Source: Geobacter sulfurreducens PCA
GTDB taxonomy: Bacteria > Desulfobacterota > Desulfuromonadia > Geobacterales > Geobacteraceae
Reading direction: 5' to 3'
DNA: 32,000 bases
NCBI RefSeq assembly: GCF_000007985.2
Contig: NC_002939.5
Span: 1,920,001-1,952,000 of the forward strand
Shown: positions 10,638 to 19,136 of the stretch, one piece after another
Layout of the letters: every line of letters starts with the position of its first letter
Position numbering within the stretch: position 1 is the first letter of the stretch
Translations under genes and position numbers: made by a program
Notes under the pieces: model-generated
The model's input: the letters and a program-made list of their open reading frames with translations, nothing else
Told to the model about the DNA's origin: nothing
Database searches by the model: none

Positions 10638-12036
10638 GTGCCCCATGCAGAATTACCCTTATGTTATCACTGTCTCCTCGGAAAAGGGAGGGGTCGGCAA
10701 GACCACTCTCGCCACCAACCTGGCAATCTATCTGAAGGCCCTCGACGAGAATCTGCCGGTTACCATCTTTTCCTTCGACAACCACTTCACCGTGGACCGG
10801 ATGTTCGAGATCAGGGGGCAGAGGCTGACCGGCAGCGTGGCCGACCTGCTCATGGAATCTCCGCCCCGCGACCTGATCCACACCGGTCAGTACGGAGTCG
10901 GCTACATCCCTTCGTCCGCCAGCCTCAACGACCTCAAAGGATCCATTCGTGGGCCCATGGTCCTGGCACGGCTTCTGGCCGCCTCACGTATTCCCGGAGT
11001 TCTCATCATCGACACGAGGCCCGACTTGGACATGCTCACCCAGAATGCCCTGTTCGCGGCAGATCGGGCCATCATCCCAGTCAAGGACATGCCGAGTCTG
11101 GAGAATTGCCGCAACATTTTCGCGTTGTTCGAACAGCGGGGTCTCGACCGCAAGAGTCTCAGCCTCATTCCCTGCCTCGTGGACGAACGAATCAAGTTCG
11201 ACGGCCCCTTCAACGACCAGAAAACACTGCTCAAAGCTTACGCCATAAATCGCGGCTACCGTTGCCTCGATGTGTATATCTCCAAGAGTCCCAAGGTAGA
11301 GAGCCTCAATACCAACCCCGACGGGAAAATTTATCCGATTCTGACCCATGCCAAGTGGACTGAAGTCCATGGTCAGTTCGCGCAGTTGGCCCAGATTCTC
11401 ATCAATGAGTACAACGCCACCACGGAGCCTCGCTCACTCCTCTTCCATAAGTGGCTTCAGACCGAGGAAAGCCGCAAGAAGGAAGAGTTTTTCGCTCGGC
11501 TTTCAGGGATCAAGAGCCAGTGCCTGCTTTGCGGCAAACCGGTGAGCGATGATGGAGACGGCCGTCACTCGTTCTACTTCGAGGTGTCCGACGGCAGCGC
11601 GGCCGGTTTCTTTGAGGAAGAGTGCTTCCTCACCATGCTCATGACCAACATCTACAACATGGACGTGAGTATGGTGGATGACGCCCCGACGGTTCATCTC
11701 ATGCGCGATTCGTCCAGAGAGTCGGCCTTTGTCTTCCGGCCGGCGTCGAACGGCGGTGCCGTGGAGTTCCATCGGTTCAGTCTCGACGGTACGCTCCTGA
11801 TCAAGAAGAATTACCCCCTCAGAGAATACGAAGGAGGGCTGCTGCGACGGGAACGCAGCAGGCTTTACACCCTCATGACCGAAGCTCTGGGAACAGCGGG
11901 CGCCGGAAGCTCCGATCGTTTCATCCTTGTTCACCCGGTAACGCGGGACAATCCCCAGGGGATTCTGCGGGACGAGAGCTACCGGGGTCTCACCAAGCTC
12001 AAACAGCACATCGCGGCCCAGATTGCTTCATCGTAA
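10636..12036 (+). CDS. ParA/MinD-family ATPase with an uncharacterised ~220-aa C-terminal extension
   Basis: Deviant Walker A in VITVSSEKGGVGKTTLATNLA. The ParA-like core ends around residue 240. The remainder (...CLLCGKPV...FYFEVSDGS...) matches no family I recognise. Alternative start at ATG 10645. Confidence 0.8.
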   Translation: MCPMQNYPYVITVSSEKGGVGKTTLATNLAIYLKALDENLPVTIFSFDNHFTVDRMFEIRGQRLTGSVADLLMESPPRDLIHTGQYGVGYIPSSASLNDLKGSIRGPMVLARLLAASRIPGVLIIDTRPDLDMLTQNALFAADRAIIPVKDMPSLENCRNIFALFEQRGLDRKSLSLIPCLVDERIKFDGPFNDQKTLLKAYAINRGYRCLDVYISKSPKVESLNTNPDGKIYPILTHAKWTEVHGQFAQLAQILINEYNATTEPRSLLFHKWLQTEESRKKEEFFARLSGIKSQCLLCGKPVSDDGDGRHSFYFEVSDGSAAGFFEEECFLTMLMTNIYNMDVSMVDDAPTVHLMRDSSRESAFVFRPASNGGAVEFHRFSLDGTLLIKKNYPLREYEGGLLRRERSRLYTLMTEALGTAGAGSSDRFILVHPVTRDNPQGILRDESYRGLTKLKQHIAAQIASS

Positions 12037-12044
12037 CGCCCCTG

Positions 12045-12989
12045 CTACCTGACCAGCCTCGACACCGTCACAAAGGTGATCCCCTCGTCCCGCAGACGCG
12101 GTAACTCGACGGCAAGGGTCTGGATGGTGGCAGGATGCGGGTGGCAAATCGCTATGGCATTGCCCCGCTTTCGGGCGATCGAAGCGGCCTGACGGAGTTG
12201 GTTCGTGATGTAGCCCGATTCCTGGATATTGTCGAGGAAGACGTTCCGCACCGCCGTGCGCACCCCCATTTCCCGCGCCACGGCATCACCCACCGAGACA
12301 GGGGATGTCTTACTGTCTACAAAGAACAGCCCCCTTTCCTTCAGTACCCCCATCACCACAGCCATTTTCTGACGGTTCTCGGTAAACCCGGAGCCCATGT
12401 GATTGTTCGCCCCGACTGCCTGGGGAATCTCGTTCAGGTAACCGTTTACCCGGCCGGCAATCTCATCGTCGCCCTGTGAGAGGAGGAGTCCGTTCGCCTC
12501 AAGCCGCCTTTCGGGATATCCTTTGGGCTCCATGGGCAGATGTACCATTACCTCAATTCCCCGCTGCCGGGCCTCCTCGGCAACCCGTCTGACCTTCGGC
12601 AGTCCCGGAATGATGGCAAAGGTGAGCGGAATACCGATATCCATCAGGGCACGCGCCTCAGGAAGCCCCTTCCCCATGTCGTCGATGATGACGGCAAGGG
12701 TTCCCGGCCCCGTTGGACGCTGCGCGCGCTGTGGTTCGGCCGGGTGGTGGATAACCCCCGTGTAGTCTTCGTGGGCAACTGGTTGTTCCGGCTCTCGGGG
12801 AGGAAGCTTGTGACGCTCCACCACGGGAGGTGGGGTCTGCTGCACGACCGGTTGTTTGCGGTACGCGCGATCAAGAAAAAAAACAGCGGCGATTACCGCT
12901 ATGACGACCAGAGCCATGCCAATGAGTGGCACGCGGGAAGAATTCCGTTTTCTGCGGTTCGTTCTGACAGTTTTACGTGGTGAGGCCAC
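12045..12989 (-). CDS. Divergent polysaccharide deacetylase family protein (YibQ-like), membrane anchored
   Basis: GTG start with AGGAG 5 nt upstream. N-terminal TM helix (LIGMALVVIAVIAAVFF). YibQ-type segments LAVIIDDMG, MVHLPMEP, NNHMGS and FFVDSKTS. Confidence 0.8.
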   Translation of the reverse strand: MASPRKTVRTNRRKRNSSRVPLIGMALVVIAVIAAVFFLDRAYRKQPVVQQTPPPVVERHKLPPREPEQPVAHEDYTGVIHHPAEPQRAQRPTGPGTLAVIIDDMGKGLPEARALMDIGIPLTFAIIPGLPKVRRVAEEARQRGIEVMVHLPMEPKGYPERRLEANGLLLSQGDDEIAGRVNGYLNEIPQAVGANNHMGSGFTENRQKMAVVMGVLKERGLFFVDSKTSPVSVGDAVAREMGVRTAVRNVFLDNIQESGYITNQLRQAASIARKRGNAIAICHPHPATIQTLAVELPRLRDEGITFVTVSRLVR

Positions 12990-13021
12990 AGAGGCTCCTT
13001 GTTTGAGAGATTCGGTCCTTC

Positions 13022-13050
13022 ATAGTACCATAGCTCAGTCGGGGGGCAAA
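13022..13050 (-). promoter_or_regulatory. Candidate extended -10 promoter for the deacetylase gene
   Basis: On the minus strand: TTTGCC (13050-13045), 17-nt spacer, TG-n-TACTAT (-10 hexamer at 13027-13022). Confidence 0.35.
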
Positions 13051-13070
13051 CCGTATCCTGACGAACGAGC

Positions 13071-13101
13071 AAAGCCCGTCGGACAGCTCACGACGGGCTT
13101 T
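13071..13101 (-). terminator. Hairpin (probable terminator) after the cohesin/dockerin gene
   Basis: 11-bp stem AAAGCCCGTCG / CGACGGGCTTT with a 9-nt loop, 22 nt downstream of the stop at 13124. The U-tract is weak (CUUUGCUCGUU). Confidence 0.5.
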
Positions 13102-13123
13102 GCTGAAGCATGGGGATTACGCT

Positions 13124-14482
13124 CTAGTTCCGCGTTTTTTTCTCATCCGCGGCCGTAAGATAGTTAGCCGTATAAATGTAATCATCGAGATAGTCGACCT
13201 TGCCGTCGCCGTTCAGATCAAATGGGCGGGCCGGTCCAACCGATTTCCGGGCGAGGAAAAGCAGGAAATCTGCCTCTGTCACGCGTCCCTTGCCGTCCAC
13301 GTTGACGTCTGCCCGCGGTGCGACGGTGAGCGGATACTCCATGATTTTCCGGCCGGTTACGATAATGAGGGTTGCTTCCACGGCACCGGCCTCCGGCAGC
13401 GCTTCCACCAGCCAGCGGTTTCCCTCCCCCTTTTTAAGCGACTTGAGCGCCGCGCCTCTCAGTGCGAAGTTGGGCGCGGTCTTCCCTCCTTCGGCAAGAT
13501 TCACGGTGATGCGAACGGCTGTTTTGCCGTCAGTAAGGCAGATAGCCGGGTCCTGGCTGATGCTATCCGCCACGGGTTTCTTGAACAGTGCCATGAGTGC
13601 CTTGGGGGTTTTGGCCCCCGTGTAGTCGCGGAACCGGGCAGCCACGCCGCCAAGGACGGCATACCCTTCCTGCGTCACAGGTGCGGGTTTCTCTTCCGGC
13701 TCAGAAACCGGCCGCTCGGCTTCCGGGAGCGGAGCGTGCTGTTCTTCGGTCTCGTTCGCGCCGTTCGCTTGCGACTGTGGAGACTCTTCAGCCGACGCGG
13801 TCTGCTCCGCGACAGGCGGCTTCCCTGCTGAAACACTCGCATCGTTATCAACAGCCCCAGACGTTATCATCCCTGGCAATACGACGGTTCCTCGATGGGT
13901 AGCGTCACCCGACGTTGCGCCGGCTGAAGGCGTCTGAGCAGTTCCATCCATTGCGGAAGCACCTGAACCGTCTGCAAGGTTCTCTCCCTGACCCGTATTT
14001 ACGGGAGACTCTGTCGGTTGCGACGTGGAGGGCTCAGTGGATTGGGTTGTCCCGCTATTGAGGGTAACTCTGAGGTTCCCCTTCTGGGAAGTATCCCCAC
14101 TAATAATCTGGTAAACGATAGTTACCCCGGTTGCCCCCTTCCCCCCCTGTGAAAAGCTTATCTTTGCGAGCGGACCTGAACCGGACAATGGCGCAGTGTT
14201 AAGCATGGCAAGACGAATGGTGCCGGCAGTGGCTGCATTGGGGAGAAACATAGCCCAGCGGAATCCGCTGAGCTGCATTGCTTGGGCGTTACTCAACGCT
14301 TGTGGGTCATAGGTCACGGTTATGTCTATTGCATCTACATTGGACAACCCTGTGGCGGAGATCAGCACATCGTTTCCCGATGGATACGCTGAAAGGCTGC
14401 CGCCGGCGCCGAACGCAAACGTATTGACAACAAGGACGAAAAACGCACTGGTAAGAACGCCGAGAATTGCGGGCTTCTTCAT
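13124..14482 (-). CDS. Secreted protein with N-terminal cohesin-like module, low-complexity S/T/P/E linker, central domain and C-terminal dockerin-like module
   Basis: Signal peptide MKKPAILGVLTSAFFVLVVNTFAFG. Cohesin-like VDAIDITVTYDPQAL...GTIRLAML...GSGPLAKISFS (about 14063-14401). Dockerin-like duplicated Ca-loop DVNVDGKGRVTEADFLLFL / DLNGDGKVDYLDDYIYTANYL (13157-13309). GAGGAA RBS. Confidence 0.75.
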   Translation of the reverse strand: MKKPAILGVLTSAFFVLVVNTFAFGAGGSLSAYPSGNDVLISATGLSNVDAIDITVTYDPQALSNAQAMQLSGFRWAMFLPNAATAGTIRLAMLNTAPLSGSGPLAKISFSQGGKGATGVTIVYQIISGDTSQKGNLRVTLNSGTTQSTEPSTSQPTESPVNTGQGENLADGSGASAMDGTAQTPSAGATSGDATHRGTVVLPGMITSGAVDNDASVSAGKPPVAEQTASAEESPQSQANGANETEEQHAPLPEAERPVSEPEEKPAPVTQEGYAVLGGVAARFRDYTGAKTPKALMALFKKPVADSISQDPAICLTDGKTAVRITVNLAEGGKTAPNFALRGAALKSLKKGEGNRWLVEALPEAGAVEATLIIVTGRKIMEYPLTVAPRADVNVDGKGRVTEADFLLFLARKSVGPARPFDLNGDGKVDYLDDYIYTANYLTAADEKKTRN

Positions 14483-14862
14483 TGCGATTCCTCATAATCA
14501 GGAGGTAAGGTCATATATATGTGTCATCGTACCACAAAACAGCCCAACAGCTTTCCATAAAATCTGCACAGTCCAGTACACAGGGGTGTCACGGCTGCTC
14601 GACATCCCGGTGGGACGCGTCGCCTTCCCTCACGGGCTGGCCAAGCGCCGGGATGTTGAAAACATCAAACTGTGGATGCTGTCGAAAGATGCAACGATAC
14701 GGTTAGATGTGTCATCAAAGGGAATCGGAAGAAAGTCCGTACGAATGGGGAATAAAAAGGCACAACAGTTGCAAAATGAGACGAGGGGAACGGAGTCGGC
14801 GAGACCTGTTGAGTGTTGAATATTCAGTCAATACTTACAGATATACTGCATGAGACGGCTCA

Positions 14863-15510
14863 TCAAGATTGATGAGCCATCCCCGCAACATTCTTCAGGA
14901 GAGTTATAGCCTCGACGGCATCCTGATTCCCTTCAATTTGATATACCTTTTCAAGTGAAGACAGAACGGACGCGTGAAGTTTCTCCAGTTCATTGCGTTC
15001 CGCGGTAATATAGGGATCAAATGGTTCTTCAGGCAAAAAGGGCCCACTGTAAAGATCCTGGGCAGTTTCCAGATACTTTCTTGCCACGGAAATCTCGCCG
15101 CGGGCCAGCATTTTTATCCCTGAAGAGGCATGATATTTAAACTGGCTGGAATCAAGCGAGAAAACGGAGTAATCGAGCCGAATGGCCTCTCCCAAGCTCA
15201 ACACGGGATTCACGGTGCGAGGACCGGAAAATGACTTGCGCAGCCTGCTCAGGGTAGTCTTGAAGTTCTTGGCACCGGAGGAAAGATCACATCCGGGCCA
15301 AATCATTTCAATCAGTTTGTCCCTGTGCAGCCACTGATCATAAGAGATAAGGAGATAACAGAAAAGTATCCTGGCTTTCTGGCTTTCCCAGACAATGCTT
15401 ATGGGAGCGCCGTGGTAAGAAATGGAAAGACCGCCAAACGAGTTGATATGTAAAGCAGGCCCCTCTTCTCCCCTCTCATCTGTCGTCGTTATTTTTCTAT
15501 GTGCAACCAT
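14863..15510 (-). CDS. SARP-family transcriptional regulator (winged-helix DNA-binding plus BTAD domain); recalled as G. sulfurreducens GSU1771
   Basis: 215 aa. LHINSFGGLSISYHGAPI...KARILFCYLL...HRDKLIEMIWP...LSRLRKSF follows the AfsR/DnrI/EmbR winged-helix pattern. The C-terminal A..YLETAQDLYSGPFL segment is BTAD-like. Confidence 0.8.
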   Translation of the reverse strand: MVAHRKITTTDERGEEGPALHINSFGGLSISYHGAPISIVWESQKARILFCYLLISYDQWLHRDKLIEMIWPGCDLSSGAKNFKTTLSRLRKSFSGPRTVNPVLSLGEAIRLDYSVFSLDSSQFKYHASSGIKMLARGEISVARKYLETAQDLYSGPFLPEEPFDPYITAERNELEKLHASVLSSLEKVYQIEGNQDAVEAITLLKNVAGMAHQS

Positions 15511-15550
15511 CGCGATACACCCTTACCTTAACTGTGATTAATTTACCTAC

Positions 15551-15579
15551 TGAATACTACATCGTTACGGGAGTGTCAA
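15551..15579 (-). promoter_or_regulatory. Candidate sigma70 promoter of the SARP gene
   Basis: On the minus strand: TTGACA (15579-15574), 17-nt spacer, TATTCA (15556-15551). Lies about 40 nt upstream of ATG 15510. Confidence 0.4.
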
Positions 15580-15608
15580 TACAAATATAGAACTTATCGG
15601 ATTTACAT

Positions 15609-15639
15609 AAAAAAAGGGGGGGCCCGAGCCCCCCCTTTT
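15609..15639 (-). terminator. Strong intrinsic terminator ending the long minus-strand transcription unit (after ctpA)
   Basis: GGGGGGGC-ccga-GCCCCCCC stem (15616-15635), flanked by A7 (15609-15615) and T4 (15636-15639). On the minus strand the stem is followed by U7. Lies 17 nt after the ctpA stop. Confidence 0.9.
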
Positions 15640-15655
15640 GGCGTAAGTCATCCTC

Positions 15656-16987
15656 TCATTTGCTTATTGTTTTCAGGATTTCCCACCCTTTCAGGAGATC
15701 CAGCGCGCGCATCACCTGATAATCGCTCTTCAACTGCTCATCGACCTTGGATGCTGCCGAAGCACCTTTATCTGTTCCTTTTTGTTTGTTGTCCGATCCG
15801 TCCTTCGAGTCGGAATCGAAATGATTCTCAAGGTCTTTCTCGCGGATATGGCCTTCCATCTTCTCTGTAGACTGGATTTCCGCGCGCTCCACAACGATGT
15901 CCGGCGTTATGCCCTTGGCTTGGATGGAACGACCGCTCGGCGTGAAATACCGTGCCGTGGTGAGTCGGAGACCAGACTCATCGGAGAGGGGGATGATTGT
16001 CTGGACCGAGCCTTTCCCGAAACTCTGGGTCCCCATGACAACGGCACGCTTATGATCCTGCAGCGCACCAGCGACAATTTCAGAAGCACTGGCGCTTCCG
16101 CTGTTGATCAGCACAACCATCGGGTAGTTGGGTTCAGTGCCGGACTTGCGGGCGGTAAACTGCATCCGCGACTCCTTCTCACGCCCCTCCGTGTACACAA
16201 TGAGTCCATCTTCGACAAAGTGATCGGCAACCTTGACAGCCTGATCGAGAAGTCCGCCCGGATCGTTACGGAGGTCGAGGACGAGTCCCCTCAAATCTCC
16301 GCCATTCTCTTCCTTGAGTGCCTTGAGCGCCTTGACCAGGTCATCGTCCGTCTTTTCCTGGAACTGTGCGATTCTTATGTAACCATACCCCTGATCCATC
16401 GATTTGAACCGCACGCTCTTGACCTGAATGGTATCGCGAACGAGCGTAAATTCCTTCGGTTTGTCGAAACCTTCACGCATAATGGTAAGGGTTACTTTCG
16501 TCCCCTTGGGGCCCCGCATTCTCTTGACCGCATCCATGATGGTCATGTCCTTGGTAAAGCGGTCTTCGATTTTCAAGATTTGATCTCCCGCCTTGATGCC
16601 GGCCTTGAAGGCAGGAGTGTCCTCTATGGGGGATATTACCGTGAGGAGTCCATCCTTGATCGTAATCTCGATACCCAGGCCGCCGAAAGACCCCTTCGTA
16701 TCGATCTTCATCTCCTTGTACATGTCGGGAGGCATGAAGGAGCTGTGTGGATCAAGTGAAGCAAGCATACCGTTGATGGCTCCGTAGATGAGCTTCTTGG
16801 TGTCCACCTCTTCAACATAGCTTTTCTTGACGATCGCCAACACATCAGTGAAGAGCTCGATGGACTCGTAATCGTTCCCTCCCTCAGCTGCGCACCGCTT
16901 CTGAACGGCACCGGCACCGAGCACGGCAACAACACAAAGCGAGGCAAGCAACAGTGCGACGCGTTTACCTTTGATGGTCTTGAACAT
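15656..16987 (-). CDS. ctpA: Carboxy-terminal processing protease (peptidase S41, PDZ-containing)
   Basis: S41 catalytic segments INSGSASASEI and SFGKGSVQT. PDZ segment GDQILKIEDRFTKDMT. Start set at ATG 16987 (GGGAGGAG 2-4 nt upstream), giving the signal/anchor MFKTIKGKRVALLLASLCVVAVLGAG. The ORF-track start at 17026 overlaps the envC-like gene. Confidence 0.9.
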   Translation of the reverse strand: MFKTIKGKRVALLLASLCVVAVLGAGAVQKRCAAEGGNDYESIELFTDVLAIVKKSYVEEVDTKKLIYGAINGMLASLDPHSSFMPPDMYKEMKIDTKGSFGGLGIEITIKDGLLTVISPIEDTPAFKAGIKAGDQILKIEDRFTKDMTIMDAVKRMRGPKGTKVTLTIMREGFDKPKEFTLVRDTIQVKSVRFKSMDQGYGYIRIAQFQEKTDDDLVKALKALKEENGGDLRGLVLDLRNDPGGLLDQAVKVADHFVEDGLIVYTEGREKESRMQFTARKSGTEPNYPMVVLINSGSASASEIVAGALQDHKRAVVMGTQSFGKGSVQTIIPLSDESGLRLTTARYFTPSGRSIQAKGITPDIVVERAEIQSTEKMEGHIREKDLENHFDSDSKDGSDNKQKGTDKGASAASKVDEQLKSDYQVMRALDLLKGWEILKTISK

Positions 16988-17013
16988 TACTCCTCCCAGA
17001 GTTGAGAAACAGA

Positions 17014-18189
17014 CTACCTGAACCATGGAGACGGATCAACCGGCCGTCCCTGATACCGAATCTCGAAGTACAACATCGGGCCGCGAGGTGAATCAACATC
17101 GCCGACAGTGGCGACCACCTCATTGCGGTTAACCTGCGCGCCAACCCGTTTGGAGATGCGTGACGCGTGGGCATAGAGGCTGAAAAAACCACCTCCATGA
17201 TCAATAATGATCATATTGCCGTAACCTTTGAAATAGTCCGCAAAGAGGACCTTGCCCTCATAGACCGACCTGATATCCGAACCAGCCGGTGCTGCGATGG
17301 AAATACCGTTGCTGACTGTATAAGAGTTGAACTCGGGATGCTTGTGCCGTCCGAATCTTCCAACAATATCACCGGAAGTCGGCAGGGATAGCCTCCCCCG
17401 CTGGGAGCCGAATCCTGAGTCAGGCAAAGGCGGGAGACCTGGCGGAAGTCCTTTCTTTTCGCGTGACTGAGTATAGCTCTTTCTACTCTGTGCTTCAAGT
17501 TTTTCCACCATGGACTGCAACCTGCGCGCATTGGCCTGGAGGTCCCTGAGAGAGGAGAGATATTCCTTCTTGTCCTGCTTAACCTTGGTGAGATAGGCCG
17601 CTTTTTTGTCTTTTTCGGCCTCGATTTCACGTTTCTTGTTCGCTATCCCGGCCACGATCCGTTCTTTTCGCTGCACCTCATTTTCCAGTTTTCGCTTGAG
17701 GTTTGATAATTCAACAATCTTGTCCGAGTACTCGTTGAAAAGGCGGCGATCGTTCCCGATGACAGCACTCATGTAACGCAGGCTTTCAACCATTTGGGGA
17801 AATGATTCGGAGGAGAATACGACCCGAAGATTACCGATCTCGCCAGCTTTATACACCGAAACAAGCCGCTTCTGAATCTCCTGTTTCTTCCGTTCGGTTT
17901 CGCCCTTGACACGATCAATCTCGTTGGTCGTGCTGGATAGATCCCGTTCGACGCCATGGAGTTCGTTGTTCAATGACGCAAGCTGGGTCTGCTTCTCCTT
18001 CAGGCTCTGATCGATCACCAGCAATTCACCGGTGACCTGCTTTTCAACCTTTGCGGTTTTTCGAAGAAGGCGCTTTTTCTCGCTGATTTCCTTCTTCACG
18101 CCCTTGAGTTGATCGTGCACATCAGCGGCAAGCGCTACGGAAACGCAGATCGTCAGAAATACTATGGGTACCCAAAAACTTCGCATCAT
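17014..18189 (-). CDS. EnvC-like murein hydrolase activator (coiled coil plus degenerate LytM/M23 domain)
   Basis: Signal peptide, about 230 aa of heptad-rich coiled coil, then a C-terminal M23 fold. The catalytic HxH site reads GPMLYFEIR where active enzymes have GPHLHFE, as in E. coli EnvC (ALYFEIR). Directly downstream of ftsEX. Confidence 0.85.
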   Translation of the reverse strand: MMRSFWVPIVFLTICVSVALAADVHDQLKGVKKEISEKKRLLRKTAKVEKQVTGELLVIDQSLKEKQTQLASLNNELHGVERDLSSTTNEIDRVKGETERKKQEIQKRLVSVYKAGEIGNLRVVFSSESFPQMVESLRYMSAVIGNDRRLFNEYSDKIVELSNLKRKLENEVQRKERIVAGIANKKREIEAEKDKKAAYLTKVKQDKKEYLSSLRDLQANARRLQSMVEKLEAQSRKSYTQSREKKGLPPGLPPLPDSGFGSQRGRLSLPTSGDIVGRFGRHKHPEFNSYTVSNGISIAAPAGSDIRSVYEGKVLFADYFKGYGNMIIIDHGGGFFSLYAHASRISKRVGAQVNRNEVVATVGDVDSPRGPMLYFEIRYQGRPVDPSPWFR

Positions 18190-19136
18190 GACTGATTGTC
18201 GCTGAAACGCCTGAGCGAGGTGAGACTGCCAAGAAGCCCGAGCACGATGCCGCCGATGAAAATACCGGCAATATGTACCGGGGGCAGGAAAGAGAACCCG
18301 GTAAAGGTACCTGATATGGGGATAAAGTTAGGTACACCGTGCAAGAAGCCAAAGTAGGCGGCAACAAGAATGATAAGTGTGCAAATTGAACCGGCAGCGC
18401 CCTGAATCATCCCTTCCACGAGAAACGGCGCCTTGATAAAAAACCGCGTGGCACCTACCAGTTCCATAACCTCCAGTTCATCCTTCCGGGCGTAGATGGT
18501 AAGTCTGATCGTATTGGAAACGATGAACAGTACCGCCAGCACAAGGAACGCCCCTAAAAGCGCTCCGAGAAAACGGAGAAAATTCATAAAGGCATTGAAA
18601 CGGCGGACCCATTCTTCCCCATATTGCACCTCATTGATTCCGGGGACCTTTTTAAGCTGGGCAACGTAGTGTTCAATTGCACCTTCCTGGCGGCTGGACC
18701 GTTTAAGGGCAATCTCCACCGAAGCAGGCAACACGTCGGCAGGTACGCCGTCCAGGAGGGTTTCCTGCCCCTTCAGTCTGGATCTGAACCGCTTCATCGC
18801 CTCGTTCTTATTCACGTAGGAAACGCGTGAAGTCCCTTCAATCGCTTTGATGCGATTCATGAGCTGGTTTAGCTCCTGGGGGGGCAGTTCCTGGTCGAAA
18901 TAGGCGGTAACCTGGATCTTGCCGCTCCACTCCTCGGCAGTTGACTCGAGGTTTACGAACACCAGCAGAAACAGTGAGACGATAAGCAGAGCCAGCGATA
19001 TGGTGCCGATTGTCAACACGTTCACCATGACATTCTGACGAAGATTGAGGATCGCCCTGCCGAGAAAATAGCCGAGCCGCCCCCCGGGAGCATCGCCGGA
19101 AAGGGTGGGCCGCTTAGAGTTCTTGTTTCGGGACAT
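18186..19136 (-). CDS. ftsX: Cell division ABC transporter permease FtsX
   Basis: 316 aa. One TM helix, a large periplasmic loop, then three C-terminal TM helices (FtsX topology). Coding overlap with ftsE (19114-19136) and stop/start overlap with the envC-like gene. Confidence 0.85.
   Translation of the reverse strand: MSRNKNSKRPTLSGDAPGGRLGYFLGRAILNLRQNVMVNVLTIGTISLALLIVSLFLLVFVNLESTAEEWSGKIQVTAYFDQELPPQELNQLMNRIKAIEGTSRVSYVNKNEAMKRFRSRLKGQETLLDGVPADVLPASVEIALKRSSRQEGAIEHYVAQLKKVPGINEVQYGEEWVRRFNAFMNFLRFLGALLGAFLVLAVLFIVSNTIRLTIYARKDELEVMELVGATRFFIKAPFLVEGMIQGAAGSICTLIILVAAYFGFLHGVPNFIPISGTFTGFSFLPPVHIAGIFIGGIVLGLLGSLTSLRRFSDNQS

Noticed and set aside
13026-13060. tRNA-like string CATAGCTCAGTCGGGGGG (resembles a D-arm TAGCTCAGTTGG)
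   Set aside because: No complementary D-stem 3' half (GAGC), no acceptor stem, anticodon arm or T-loop (GTTCGAATC-type) nearby. The segment is better explained as the spacer of a candidate promoter for the deacetylase gene.
14322-14819. 165-aa + strand ORF (and 14521..14706) in the 380-nt gap between the SARP and cohesin/dockerin genes
   Set aside because: It starts inside the cohesin/dockerin coding region on the opposite strand and has no RBS and no recognisable motif. The region is more plausibly the regulatory region of 13124..14482. It cannot be fully excluded without expression data.
15782-16759. 325-aa + strand ORF over ctpA
   Set aside because: Antisense to a protease gene with clear S41 catalytic motifs. 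No independent support.
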